A stretch of 63,698 bases of DNA, filler included, from Octopus bimaculoides (lineage: Eukaryota): the NCBI RefSeq assembly GCF_001194135.2. It is 4 parts of 4 records of this genome, joined end to end, with 100 filler letters (N's around TTAATTAATTAA, not from the genome) between each part and the next. Parts side by side here need not be neighbours in the genome. Positions count along the whole stretch, not along the records: positions 1 to 22,590 come from NC_068990.1; positions 22,691 to 41,330 come from NC_068983.1; 2 more parts are not named here. One strand, written 5' to 3'. This document shows, in pieces, positions 13,021-25,072 of this stretch. Both the position numbers and the translations under genes were made by a program. The stretch's first letter is position 1; each line of letters begins with the position of its first letter. The notes under the pieces are model-generated. The model saw only the letters and a list, made by a program, of their open reading frames with translations. It had not been told where the DNA came from and did not search any database.

Positions 13021-14303
13021 TTGGGTTTTCCTATAAATAATGCAGTTTTTTCAATTGCATGAAACTAAAAAAGTCAGAGAGGGATGGGATAAACTACTTG
13101 CGTCAACTTGCTATAAAAGTAAGTAGTAATTTTAACTAATTCTTATTCATAGTGCAGTTTTGAAAAATGCAGTTCGATTTTTAACAGTTATTCTTCAAAG
13201 CTATAATGGAAGTGACAAAGGAGCACATTCAACATATTTTGGTTTATGAATTCAATAAAGCAACAACACAATGGAAAGTGCAAGGAATATTAATGCAGTT
13301 TATAGGGAACGGACAATAAGCGTAAGCCAGTGCCGACAGTGGTTCCAGAAAATCTGAGTTGGAAACTACATCCTAGAAGACGAGCCTCATCTTGGAAGAT
13401 CTGTAGAGCTTGACAAGGACATCCTGCAAACCCTGGTGGAACAAATTCCCATCATAACTGTTGAGGAAATAGGAGAGAAGCTTGAATTTAGTAATTTAAC
13501 CATCCATCGACACAGGCATGCTATCGGAAAAGTCAGCAAATTGATTCAATGGATTCCTCAAACTTTCTGAGTCTAATTGTGTGCAGAGAGTGAATGTGTG
13601 CTCTTCTTTGCTGTCATGTCTCACAAATGAACCTTTTTTTGACCAAATAGTGACTGGTGACAAGAAATAGGTTCTCTATAAAAATGTCAAGTGCCAAAGA
13701 TAGTGGATAGGGAAAGGAGAAACACTGGCACCCCAAGCTAAAGAAGGCCTTCACCCACATAAGGTGTTCTTATCTTTTTGATAGGATATGAAAGGTTTAG
13801 TTCACTTTGGACTTTTAAACCCAAACCAAATGATAACAAAGATCTACAGTGAGTAGCTTGAGCAGCTTAAGTCAGCCAGAGAAGCAAAATTACAACCTTT
13901 CGTTTCGAGGTGAAAGGTGTTCTTCCATCAGGATAATGCGCAGCAACATACAGTGGGGATGACATTCCAAAGGCTGGAGTAGTTTTAATGAGAAATGATC
14001 TCCTACCCACCATATTCACTGGACATTGCCCCATCTCATTATCATTTATTCAGCAGTTTTCAAAATCATTTGAAGGGAAAAAATATGAATTCTGTAGATG
14101 AGGTCAGAACAGTACTGGAGGAGCATTTTTCATCACTAACAAGTGAATTTTGGAAGTGAAGCCTTGCAAGTCTACCAGATATATGGAAGAGCATTGTAGA
14201 AAATGAAGGAGAGTATATTTTAGATTAAAAAATAACTTTGTTATCTTAATTTTGAAAAATAGAAGAAGTATAAAAAACCCACATTATTTATGGGATGACC
14301 CAA
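13021..14303 (+). mobile_element. Full-length decayed mariner (DD34D) transposon
   Basis: TIRs ttgggttttcctataaataatg / cattatttatgggatgacccaa with TA flanks; broken ORF 13206-14228 (MEVTKEHIQHIL..., IVTGDKK, HQDNA, PPYSLDIAPSHY) with stops and frameshifts. Confidence 0.92.
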
Positions 14304-15123
14304 TATGATATCTAACAACTGAATCTGAATGATCCATCATGAATTTCTATCTGTAAAATGAAATCCCACTGAGAAAAACATACTTAAATGTAAAGGCAAA
14401 ATCAATCTGTTTTGCTATGCGGCAAAGAGAAAATAATCAATTTTCCTTCTTCATAAAGGGCACAAGCCTTTTATCAAGGCAGAGATGAGAGACAATAAGA
14501 AAGAAAAATAAAGATGTGTACACTAACTTCTTTCTTTGTTATTAGCTATAATTTCTTTCTTGACAAAGAGATTACACTTGAAATATTGATATTTTTTCTT
14601 TTCAGCATACATTAATATATTGTCTTTACTTTTATTTTTAAGTAATTTTATTCCATTGCCTTCATGATAAATTAGATTTATATGGTCCCTATTTCCCTGG
14701 GCTAACAATATTTTATTTCCTAACGTTTTCTATAAAATGTATATCTTAAAATTGTAAGTATATCTTTAAAATGTTACATAAAAAGCAAATGGCAGATGAG
14801 TCAAGAACGAAGCTTCACTGTGGTTGTTTAATCTACTAGAAACAGCAGCTAAATCTCCCTCAAATTACACCTTACTATCTCAAAGAGGAAGCATGCATTG
14901 GACAACGTATTTCCAGATAGTCATGGTTGGAGCCCCTTTCATCATAAATCTTTTCAAGTCATGTTGATCTAAGATTAAACCACAGCAACAACATAAATGA
15001 CAAACAAGCAAAATAACATTGGTTTCACTCTGTTTATTGTTAGTCAAATGTTATGTTGTCTGCTTTCTCCAAATTGATCATGTGATAATATAACACTCTC
15101 TTCTTAACTATATACTGCATTCC

Positions 15124-15191
<68 letters not shown>

Positions 15192-16632
15192 TCTCTCTTT
15201 CTTTCTTTCTCTCTTTTTCTCTCTCTTACCCTCTCTTTGCCTCTCCCTCCCCCCTTTCCCTCACCCTTTCCCTCCCCCTTCCTCTCTCTCTCACTCACAT
15301 CACCATTTCTTTATTCCAGTTTCTCAACGCTCACACACATACAAATATATTCTACAATTTATTGTATAATATATAATAAAGAGAACTGTTCTCAATGTAT
15401 TCCAACACAGCAGACAGTTTTGATTCCAAAATGGTTTGGTCAACACCTTCTCTCACTGTTTCTGTCAGTGAACATATAGTCAGATGGCAAAATGTGAACA
15501 AAACTTCCAAAACTTAACCTATTGGATTCTTTAGAAATTGTCATTATAAAACTAACATTTATTTGACAGGGTCAAAATATGAAAGAATTTTCACTGACAA
15601 GGTTTTGTTGGAAACTTGTTGCTACACAATCATAAATCTAGCTTCAGTCTATTTAGCTTTTATTATCCTAGAGAAGAAAAACATATTATTTCCAAAGTCA
15701 AAGATCATGCTTTCAAATTCTATTAAAAATATTGTATAGTGCCATTAGCAACCAAAGAACAAATGGCTAAAATTAGATCACTTTTGTACATCACACTTAC
15801 ACATATGGTTGTCAGGGTGGACATCAGCATTATTTAGTGTCCATTTTTCTGGGTTTGCATGGGTCAGATGGAATTTGTTGAGGCAGATTTTCTAATGGCC
15901 TGATGCCCTTCCTGATGTCAACTCCCGCCTGTTTCCAAACAAGGTAATATTTTCCCATGGCCTGATATGTTTTGCATGGAAGCAAACACTCCTACTTGTA
16001 CGACAAGCACATTTACAACCATCACATACTGCCTAGAGATGGGTATACACAAATACGCATACATCTACATATAGAGATAGATAAATAGTCATGCATACAT
16101 ACATAAATCATCATCTTTTAACGTCTGTTTTTCATGCTGGTATGGGTTGGATGGTCTGAACAGAACTAGCAAACTGGGAAGCTGCACCAGGTTTCATTCT
16201 GATTTGGCTTGGTTTCTATGGCTGGATGTCCTTCCTAATGCCAACCATTTTACAGTGTGTGCTGGGTGCTTTTACACATATACCTACAACAGCTTTCTTT
16301 TAGTTTCCATTTACCAAATACATTCTCAAGGCTTTGGTCAGTGCAGGGCTACAGTATAACATACTTGCCCAAGATACCACACAGTGGGACTGGCACCAGA
16401 CCACATGATTGGAAAGTAAGATTCTTAACAACACAGACAATTTTAAGGTAACTTTAAACATTTTTAAACCAGCAAATTGATAGAGACATTAGGATGTTGG
16501 GTAGAATACCACACAGTATTTCTTTTCCCAGACTTGGAAGCCCTCAAAATATTAAGGGTCACAAAAGTTACCCTTCCCTCCCTGACTAAGTAAGAAAAAT
16601 TAGGCATTCAGCCATAACCATCTCATTCTAAG

Positions 16633-16701
<69 letters not shown>

Positions 16702-18342
16702 ATAATAGGCACAATATATGTTTATATGTGCTACTATTAGCCTCATATGATGAAAGCATGCTAGACAGTATTTTTTAACATGTCTTGTGTCTCAGTGCAA
16801 TCTTCAGGCACTGCTCACATGGCATAACAAGCTAAGAATAGGATGATAGGATCAGAGAAAATGTGGTAAAAGGTGAGAAAGAAGTAGATATAAAAAGTGG
16901 AAGGTTGAAAAACTGGAAAATGAAAAGGAAACAGAAAGAAGCAAAAGGGCAGGAATTAGAGATATTTCCCCTTTGACCATAAAATATAAGGCTGAAAAGA
17001 GAGTGGCCTATAGTCTGTGGCACAGCTACTCAATTCAGAGAGAGTGATACTTTCCAATTCATCAACAGGAACTTAGCCATATTCTTACAACCACTGAAAA
17101 TTTCGGATCTGAATTCAGTAATGTGTCAGTTCTTAGATTTTACAATTGGATTTGCAAAGTGACAAGCTAAATGAAACATTAGCATGCTTGGCAAAATGCT
17201 TTGCAGCATTTTGCTCAACTTTATGTTCTGAGTTCAAATTCTGCTAAGGTTGACTTTGCCTTTCATCCTTTCAGGGTTGATAGAATAAGCACCAGTTGAT
17301 CACTGGGGTTGAAGTAATTGACTTATCTCCTTCCCTGAAGTTGCTGGCCTTGGGCCAAGATTTGAAGCCAATATTACAGTTGAATTTATATATTAGCTCC
17401 TTTCCAAGTCATATAGACTCATAGTTTCCTGGTTTTTGTGACATATATTTTCCCTCTGGATGAGAAGCTGGTCCATCACAGGCTTACTCATTTTTGCCAG
17501 CTGAGTGGACTGGAGCAAAATGAAATGAAGCGTTTTGCACAAGGACACATGTCACCTAGACCAAGAATAGAAACCACAATCTTACAAACATTAGTCCAAC
17601 AACCTAACCACAAAGCCAGACACCCATATCAACAATGTATTGATTACAGTGTAAGTCTTTCTCATACTTTCTATTCCTGCACTCCATTTTAAAGTTAATC
17701 TTTGTTATATGAGAATTAGCATTTGTCTTTTATTCATTTATGTATGTAGGGCCTCTGTTGGTCAATGTTTGCCAAACATCTGCACACATATATATGCAGG
17801 TCAGGGTAAGATTGTTTTGAGAAAGACTGGCAGATGCACATATATGCAAGTCTTCATGCCAACAATGTTTATCCAAGAGAAAGGCCACTGATTTGGGTTG
17901 ATACACCTCATACCAATATTATCACAGATGTTACTCTCAGAATGCAAAGAGCCATTACAAATACTACAAAACATTTCACCAAATCCTCTAACAGTTTCAC
18001 ACATACCCCCCCCACACACACACACACACTGGATTGATACATTTTTATCAACCCTGGAAAGATAAGACACATAGTTGACCTCAACATGATTTAAACTCAA
18101 AACAGACTCAATATAGATACTGCTAAATATTCTATCCAAATTTGCAAATTAGCTGTCTAAAATTATAAAGCTTAACACATTATAATTAAGAAAAGGTTTC
18201 TGTGTCACGTTTCATCATTTTGAAATAAAATCACGTCCATTATGTCACAGATTACAAACCAGTGTTTACACCATTTCTATTTACAGTTTCATTCATGGAC
18301 AAACAATAAATCTTAAATTTTCAACAGTAATTCAAATATTAC

Positions 18343-18454
18343 TGGCTGTGTGGACTATGGAGGCCCATACAGGCTGTGTGGACTATGGAGGCCCATACTG
18401 GCTGTGTGGACTATGGAAGCCCATACTGGCTGTGTGGACTATAGAGGCCCAACC
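18343..18454. repeat. 28-bp minisatellite, 4 copies (tggctgtgtggactatggaggcccatac)
   Basis: Directly visible tandem units with 1-3 substitutions. Confidence 0.95.
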
Positions 18455-18679
18455 ATGGTGTTGTGTTTAGAGATCTTTCCCGAATCCTATAGATTCAGTG
18501 AACCAGTTTGCCAGTTTCTGGGACACGTTTATTTCCGCCTATATGAGATGCCAGTCCATCATAGAATTACTCAGTTTCACCATCTGAGTGAACTGGGGCA
18601 ATGTGAAACGAAGTGTTTTGCCCAAGAGCACAATGTGTCACTCAGTTCAAGAATCAAAACTACAACCTTCTGTCACTAG

Positions 18680-19229
18680 AAGCCATTTGATGTGAAACTG
18701 CGGCATCAGCCTACTGACCGGCGTCATTGGATGAAGTCGTATTGGCATGTGATGTATCTTTGTTTTGCAGTGCTTTGCCCCTGTTTGTCGATTTTTGCAA
18801 TGGCTGAAATGAAGGGACAGTGTGCTTCTGTGAAATTCTGTTTTCTACTGGGGAAAATGGTGGCCAAAACAGCTGTCATGATTCAAACAGTTTATGAGGA
18901 TGCTGCCATGAGCAAAACACACACAATCTTGTTGATATGATTGGTGTGTCCTGGAGATCCTGCCAAAGAATTTTGGATGAGGAATTATAAATGAAAAGAG
19001 TTGCAGCAAAATTTGCGCCCCGCTTGCTCATGGAAATCTAAAGCAGTCATTGACTGAGTGTGTGTCGTGAACTGAAAGGACAGTTGGAAGTTGGTCTGGA
19101 TCTTTTTTCAAAGGTCATCATTAGTGACAAAAGCCGGTACTACAGAATTTGCAGATGTGGAAGAGGTGAAGGAAAAAGCGACAAAGGTGTTAAAAGGTAT
19201 TACTTTGCAAGAATTCCTGCACTGCTTCG
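18680..19229 (+). mobile_element. Deleted mariner derivative
   Basis: MAEMKGQCASVKFCFLLGKMVAKT...AMSKT N-terminus joined to C-terminal remnants (FADVEEVKEKATKVLKGITLQEFLHCF). Confidence 0.7.
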
Positions 19230-19451
19230 NNNNNNNNNNNNNNNNNNNNNNNNNNNNNNNNNNNNNNNNNNNNNNNNNNNNNNNNNNNNNNNNNNNNNNN
19301 NNNNNNNNNNNNNNNNNNNNNNNNNNNNNNNNNNNNNNNNNNNNNNNNNNNNNNNNNNNNNNNNNNNNNNNNNNNNNNNNNNNNNNNNNNNNNNNNNNNN
19401 NNNNNNNNNNNNNNNNNNNNNNNNNNNNNNNNNNNNNNNNNNNNNNNNNNN

Positions 19452-19486
<35 letters not shown>

Positions 19487-19538
19487 AATAATACATTTCT
19501 AAATCTCTCAGAGAGATTTAGGCAGTAGTGATGTGATG

Positions 19539-19901
19539 AAGTAGTTGTATGCTGTCAACGTAATGTGACAGTCCTATGAAGGGAATAATACTACTGCTAT
19601 TTAGCAGGAAGCAGCACCACTTCCTATTGGCCTTGACACATTTCCTGTTTACAAGAGTTTGACAGGCATCTCCAACTAGCAGGCCATTGCTACTCCAGAC
19701 TGATGACGAACAAATACTCAGAAACATGTCTCTGGGTGCAGGCTTAGCTAAGTGGAAGTGCTTGTCTTCCCCTTGTAAACCTAAGGACTGAGGAAATGTG
19801 TCAAGGCCGACAGGAAGCGGTGCTACTTCCTAGTGCTAAATAGCAGTAATATTATTCCCTTCATGGGACTGTCATATTAAGTTGATAGCATACAACTACT
19901 T
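19539..19901. mobile_element. Non-coding fold-back (MITE-like) element, ~110-bp outer inverted arms continuing imperfectly to a central HHR core
   Basis: 19539-19646 is the diverged reverse complement of 19791-19901; gtttacaag/cttgtaaac and further pairing continue inward; (TA)n on both sides. Confidence 0.8.
19693..19736 (+). ncRNA. Minimal type I hammerhead-like motif at the tip of a long fold-back
   Basis: Helix I tccaga/tctggg; exact core CTGATGA 19700-19706; GAAA 19721-19724; palindromic helix III ACATGT; GUC triplet ending 19730; helix II weak (C.A at the closing pair). Confidence 0.65.
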
Positions 19902-19925
<24 letters not shown>

Positions 19926-19932
<7 letters not shown>

Positions 19933-20947
19933 AAACTACCTCTCTCACGCTATATATATATATATATAAACAAATGCGAGCGTAGTAGAAAACACCTTTT
20001 TCCCACCTGCTGTGTCATCACCTGACTGACTTTTATTTACGCGCCAATTGTCTCCACTCCATTTGCCGCCAGGACGCAAACCGACCAACCGTAGCCACTA
20101 ATAAGGTCACGTGATAGAGTGTTTTTCTAATGCTCTCTGGAGCCCCTATTTTACTATAAATAGCCTAAATTATCCGTGGCAATTTGTCGCGGTTCAGATC
20201 TTCTAAGATCTGGTCGTAGACCACCACACACGTAACACAGCCAGCCAGTATAACACCAATCAGCCAGCAGTTCCAGTGACGACATCAACAGCATCGTTCA
20301 ACTACGTACTACCAGCATCACCCCCAGCATCAACATGACTTCTACACGTACACAAGCTACCAACAGCTAACCAAACAGCAACCGCAGCTTCTCTTCTCAA
20401 CCCTGTTTGTGTGAATCGCCTCACCACGAAATAACAGCCAGAATTCGACACCTGTGAGAACCCATCTGTATTAAGAATCCGGCCCGGCATAGAAGCCTCA
20501 ACATCACGACAAGTGACTTAGCTCTGCCTTAACCTTAACCTCTTACATACAGACCTACAATCTAACTGTGTACCTCAACAGAACTGATATTTCCTTATCT
20601 TTGTTACAGACTGTTTTCTATGCTCGGTATCTCTTGCATTCACATACATATATTTGTATACACACTCTTCTGTTTACATGACGGCCTGTCTTATATTGTG
20701 TTTTATTATGTCGCATTCACACTCACACAAAGACATACAATTTAATGCTTCAAATAAATCTTACTTTTATTCATCTCATACAGTTGCGTTTCTATCATGT
20801 TCCTTACCGGCAAATTTCTTAGTTCTCTATGTTATAGTATTATAACATATCATTATATTTTGTGTCGACCGTGTGATGCGTTTAAAAAAGGAGCCTGTTT
20901 TCCATTCGTCACCATTTCTCCTTTTGGTTCACACAGTCGTTCTTACA
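19926..20947 (+). mobile_element. Probable solo LTR inserted in (TA)n (5' boundary 19926 or about 19965)
   Basis: Ends TGTA...TACA; CpG-rich; CCAAT about 20045, TCACGTGA 20107, TATAAA 20155, AATAAA 20753; no ORF. Confidence 0.55.
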
Positions 20948-21759
20948 TATATATATATATGTAAGAACGACTGTGTGAACCAAAAGGAGAAATGGTGACG
21001 AATGGAAAACAGGCTCCTTTTTTAAACGCATCACACGGTCGACACAAAATATAATNNNNNNNNNNNNNNNNNNNNNNNNNNNNNNNNNNNNNNNNNNNNN
21101 NNNNNNNNNNNNNNNNNNNNNNNNNNTAATATATTGGTTTTTGCAGTCATTTTCATATGGTTATTCGATTTGATAATATACAGGTCATTCAAAGTAAAAA
21201 AAATTAATGCCATGAAGTTAGTCATTCAAATTCGTTTTTCGATCATTTAATTTCACACTTTGGTCAAAGAATTTAGCATCTACATCATTCAAATTAAAAT
21301 GCCTATCAGGAGCATTCAAATTAGTCAGAATGTGAGGAAGCATCTTTTTGAGCATTCAAATTCATTTTGGAGCAATCTATTTAACACTTCGAGCAATCAA
21401 ATTACCACGATAGTTGTTTTGGTTTTATCTCATGATCCTAGTTACCATAATCATGTGTTTTCATCCATTGTTTATGCTTGAAGCCCATGTCTTCTCTATG
21501 TATTCTTTTATTTTTGCATATGTACATGTATTTATTGTTAAAGACTTCATGAAATCACATTCCAGCCTTTTCAATCTTTTTAAAGAAGCTCACAATTACA
21601 ACAGATGCTCATTTTCTTTGATTTTGAATACATTATTTTGTGATGCGTGTTCTTCTTTTGCATAATATGTCTTGTTGGGAAAATTGTATATTTCTTTGAT
21701 TTTGCATTTTATTTACATCGGGGAAAGGGTGCTATGTGCACCAAGATAGTTATTGATTT

Positions 21760-22400
21760 ACAGTCTTAATAAGGAGAGTTCATTTGAGAGAATTTAGCCA
21801 TCTATTCCCTTGTGGTTAAGGTATCTCGGGAGGTAGGTCTGGATGTGTCTATACCAACAAACACAATTTTTTTGAGTGATTGTGTCGATGTTATGTCTTG
21901 TGACCTGTTGTATGACATGTGCTCACCATTCTTTCATGGTCATGCCAGCTTCTTCTGCAGTTGCCCAGTTGCCAACCCTTTGCTGCAACTCAGGTTGAGT
22001 AAGATCCCACTTGACAGCTGCCTTAATGGTAGAATGTGCCATTTTCATAACAGTTAAGAAACAGCAAGCAGAGAGGCAAGAGTTTCAGACTGATCTGTGA
22101 GTCAGTGTCAGCTGGGACCTTGGCATGAAGATGTGACCTTTCATTGTCGTAGTTCAAGCAGACTAATTCATCTGCTGGGAACATGTCAGCAAATGCTTGA
22201 ACTATTTCCACCAAGAACTCCTCAGAAGAGTTTCATGTGACAGTATCACTCGCAATGGAGTGATGAACCAGGCTGATTTTTCCCAACACTGCGAAAGTGA
22301 TGTTGCAGTTTTTCCCACACTGACGGTTGGCACTTTGGTGAACAGGGATGCCTCAAGGGGCTTGTCCAAAAGACCATCTGGTCCAAATGTTGTACCCACA
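21760..22400 (-). mobile_element. Degenerate Tc1/IS630-type transposase relic
   Basis: Broken frame ...FLVEIVQAF...VCLNYDNE...KLLPLCLLFLN.EMAHSTIKAAVKWDL...WYRHIQTYLPR, resembling the IMDN...LPPYSPFLNPIE region. Confidence 0.65.
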
Positions 22401-22528
22401 ACATTAAAAAAGTTCACTTCACAACCATGCAGCTTTGGGTTCAGTCCCACTGTGTTATACCTTGTGTGTCTTGTATTGTAGCACCTGACCAGCCAATGAT
22501 TTTGTTGCCAGAAACATGTAGAAGCCTG

Positions 22529-22590
<62 letters not shown>

Positions 22591-22899
22591 NNNNNNNNNN
22601 NNNNNNNNNNNNNNNNNNNNNNNNNNNNNNNNNNTTAATTAATTAANNNNNNNNNNNNNNNNNNNNNNNNNNNNNNNNNNNNNNNNNNNNGATCGTGGTG
22701 AGAGGGATAACTTCCCTTGGCAAACAGGACACAGTCGTGTGTCGATAAGCCAGCTGGAGGAGATGTCCTCCTGGGGCTAAAAGCAACAGTAACATCCACC
22801 CCTAGGGGTCAGCCACACTTAAGTGGCAATATACTACACTTTATCGTGCAGTTACTGTTAATACTTCATTTAGAGAATTAACATTGCTTATATATATAT

Positions 22900-23620
22900 A
22901 TATATGGGAGAATTTACGAAAAAAACAACAGACGAAGACAGGTGGTGTAAACAACAAATGGATGTATTAGTATAACGCTCGGGAATAGAGAAAGTCTTTA
23001 ACGTTTCGAGCCTACCCTCTTCAACAGAAAGGAACACAGTAAGAAACAAGGTGAGAAACAGGGAGAGAAAAATATATAAATGTAGTGGTCACTGATCTAT
23101 CATGGCGTATACCGGACAGAAGGATCACACAAGAGAGCTAAGAAAAAGGGGAGATAACAAAGAAGTGGTGATCCCAAGACGAGAAGGAGCGTGTGTGTGA
23201 GAGAATGCTGGTGATCTTAACGTATGCATGTGTGTATGTAGGTGTGAAGGTGTGAAAATGTGGAGATGGGAATTGGTCAGTGCTAGTGTCTGCGTGGTGG
23301 TGATATCCTTTAAGTTCCTTCATATGAAGCGCTCATTAAAAGCTACTATGATATTTATTCCGGTTACCGCTTATTATTTCCATGTTTGAGAGTAATTTCA
23401 TCGGATGGTTATTAGTATGGTGCCGCTATAGCGTAGGATGACTATAGTAATAGCGAGAATGTATGTGCTCGTTTCTTCAGGCAAAAGATTGCATTAATAT
23501 TTTGGTTGTATCGAATTGTTAACTTAGGCACTGGTAAATATCCCTCAGCTAAACTTTCGATACAACCAGAACACTAAGGCAATTTTTTCTCCGAAGAAAC
23601 TAGTACATTAATGTTTCTCC
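22900..23620 (-). mobile_element. Penelope-like element 3' end with pLTR-like tail
   Basis: ...NHPMKLLSNMEII...ALHMKELK C-terminal remnant followed by a UTR homologous to 30026-30420 and 30484-30670. Confidence 0.6.
22994..23031 (-). ncRNA. Hammerhead-like motif in a Penelope-like 3' end (cttt-ctgttga-agagggtaggctc-gaaacgtt-aaag)
   Basis: Stem-loop GAG(C)-gtag-GCTC, GAAA, palindromic AACGTT and a 4-bp helix I; core non-canonical; siblings at 30293 and 30583. Confidence 0.4.
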
Positions 23621-25000
23621 TTAAAAATCTATGGTTATTACTAATCATATTTGTAATATCCTATGTATGGGGAATGCAACAACAAAAAAGTGATTTGTGG
23701 AAACGTACGTAGCAATGCATTAAAGGTCTTATGAAATCCATAGTACAAATACATACATGTAAATATAGATATCTTAATATAAGAAATATGTAAAGAGGGT
23801 CATATAAAAACATATGGACATATATATATAGCTGCTATATAACATATGATGTTTATATAACATCTATATAAACATATAGAAGATAAAAAGTAAACACTTT
23901 TTCCACATTGAATTTGACAACTAGATTGTAAAAGTAAATTTAATGAAGCACGTATGACAATAAGAAGGAAATAATATCTAAAGTAGAGGCAGACAGGGGT
24001 ACACAGAGGCTTCCATGTGTAGAATTACAGAATCATGCGGTCGTTAGAACGCAGCAACTTTAATAATATGTGATAAGTTATTTAGGTGTGAAATATGGGT
24101 ATAGTAGACTGGAATGATATACATCAATGTACATAAAGTATTTTTGCAACTAGCAGAGTGTCAGAATATGGTATAATACATTATTTATTACTAAAGTGAC
24201 ACCAAATTATGGTTAATCGAGATAAAGAATTATTCATTTATTGATCTAAGTGGTAAAGTTCATTTGTGTGGGTTTAACAATCAAGTGCAAGATAAGGTAT
24301 AATTAATTAGCATATGGTAACGACTTGTATTTAAGACGCAAGCATCGATGGGTATCAAGTATTTCTATAAATAACAGAATGTATGAATATAGATTTATAC
24401 GTTATCTATCACTTAGGTGAAAACAAATCATGGTTAAGAAGGTAGGGACTTATTCAATTGTATTAATTTAAGTAATAAAATGTCTGGATATGGTCTAATA
24501 CATTATCTGCTGCTAGGGTAAGATCAAATTATGATTAACTAAGGAAGTAAATTATTCAGTTCTATTGATCTAGGTTATAAATTTTACTAATGCAGGTGCA
24601 ATAATTAAGTGTAAGGTTAGGTATAACTAGCATACAGAAAAAAATTGTATTAAGACGCTCACATTATTGTGTAATAAGTATTTTTACAGCAACAACATGT
24701 TTGAATACAGTCTAATACATTATCTATTACTTAGCTGGGACCCATTTATAGTTAATCAAGCTAGGGGATTTTTCAGTTACATTGATCTAGGTTAAGAAGA
24801 AAGGAAAGGATAGGTATTCACAGAAGTTGTGGTTATTAAAGGTTTTAAAGTTGATCGTTTATGTGTTCTGAGGGAAATTCAAAATACTCACAGGAAATTG
24901 TAGATATTCTAGTCTTTGAGAGTTATTTTTCAGTTGTCCTGCTGGGTTGTATTAGTGTTTCTGTGTCTTCAGCTGCTGGCAGGTCAGAACAGCGAAGAAC

Positions 25001-25072
25001 ACGTCCAGCTGCTGTCACGTCCAGCTGCTGTCACGTCCAGCTGCTGTCACGTCCAGCTGCTGTCACGTCCAG
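25001..25072. repeat. 16-bp minisatellite (cacgtccagctgctgt), at least 4 perfect copies, running into a gap
   Basis: Directly visible. Confidence 0.95.

Noticed and set aside
15360-15470. Minus-strand open segment ETVREGVDQTILESKLSAVLEYIENSS after a plausible acceptor
   Set aside because: No credible donor before the stop and no recognisable homology
18343-18454. Regular short repeats as a possible CRISPR array (also 25001-25072)
   Set aside because: Head-to-tail units with no unique spacers; eukaryotic context; no cas genes
22635-22646. TTAATTAATTAA islands inside N gaps (also 41375-41386 and 62188-62199)
   Set aside because: Identical 12-mer with stops in all six frames, centred in N runs; a scaffolding pad, not biology
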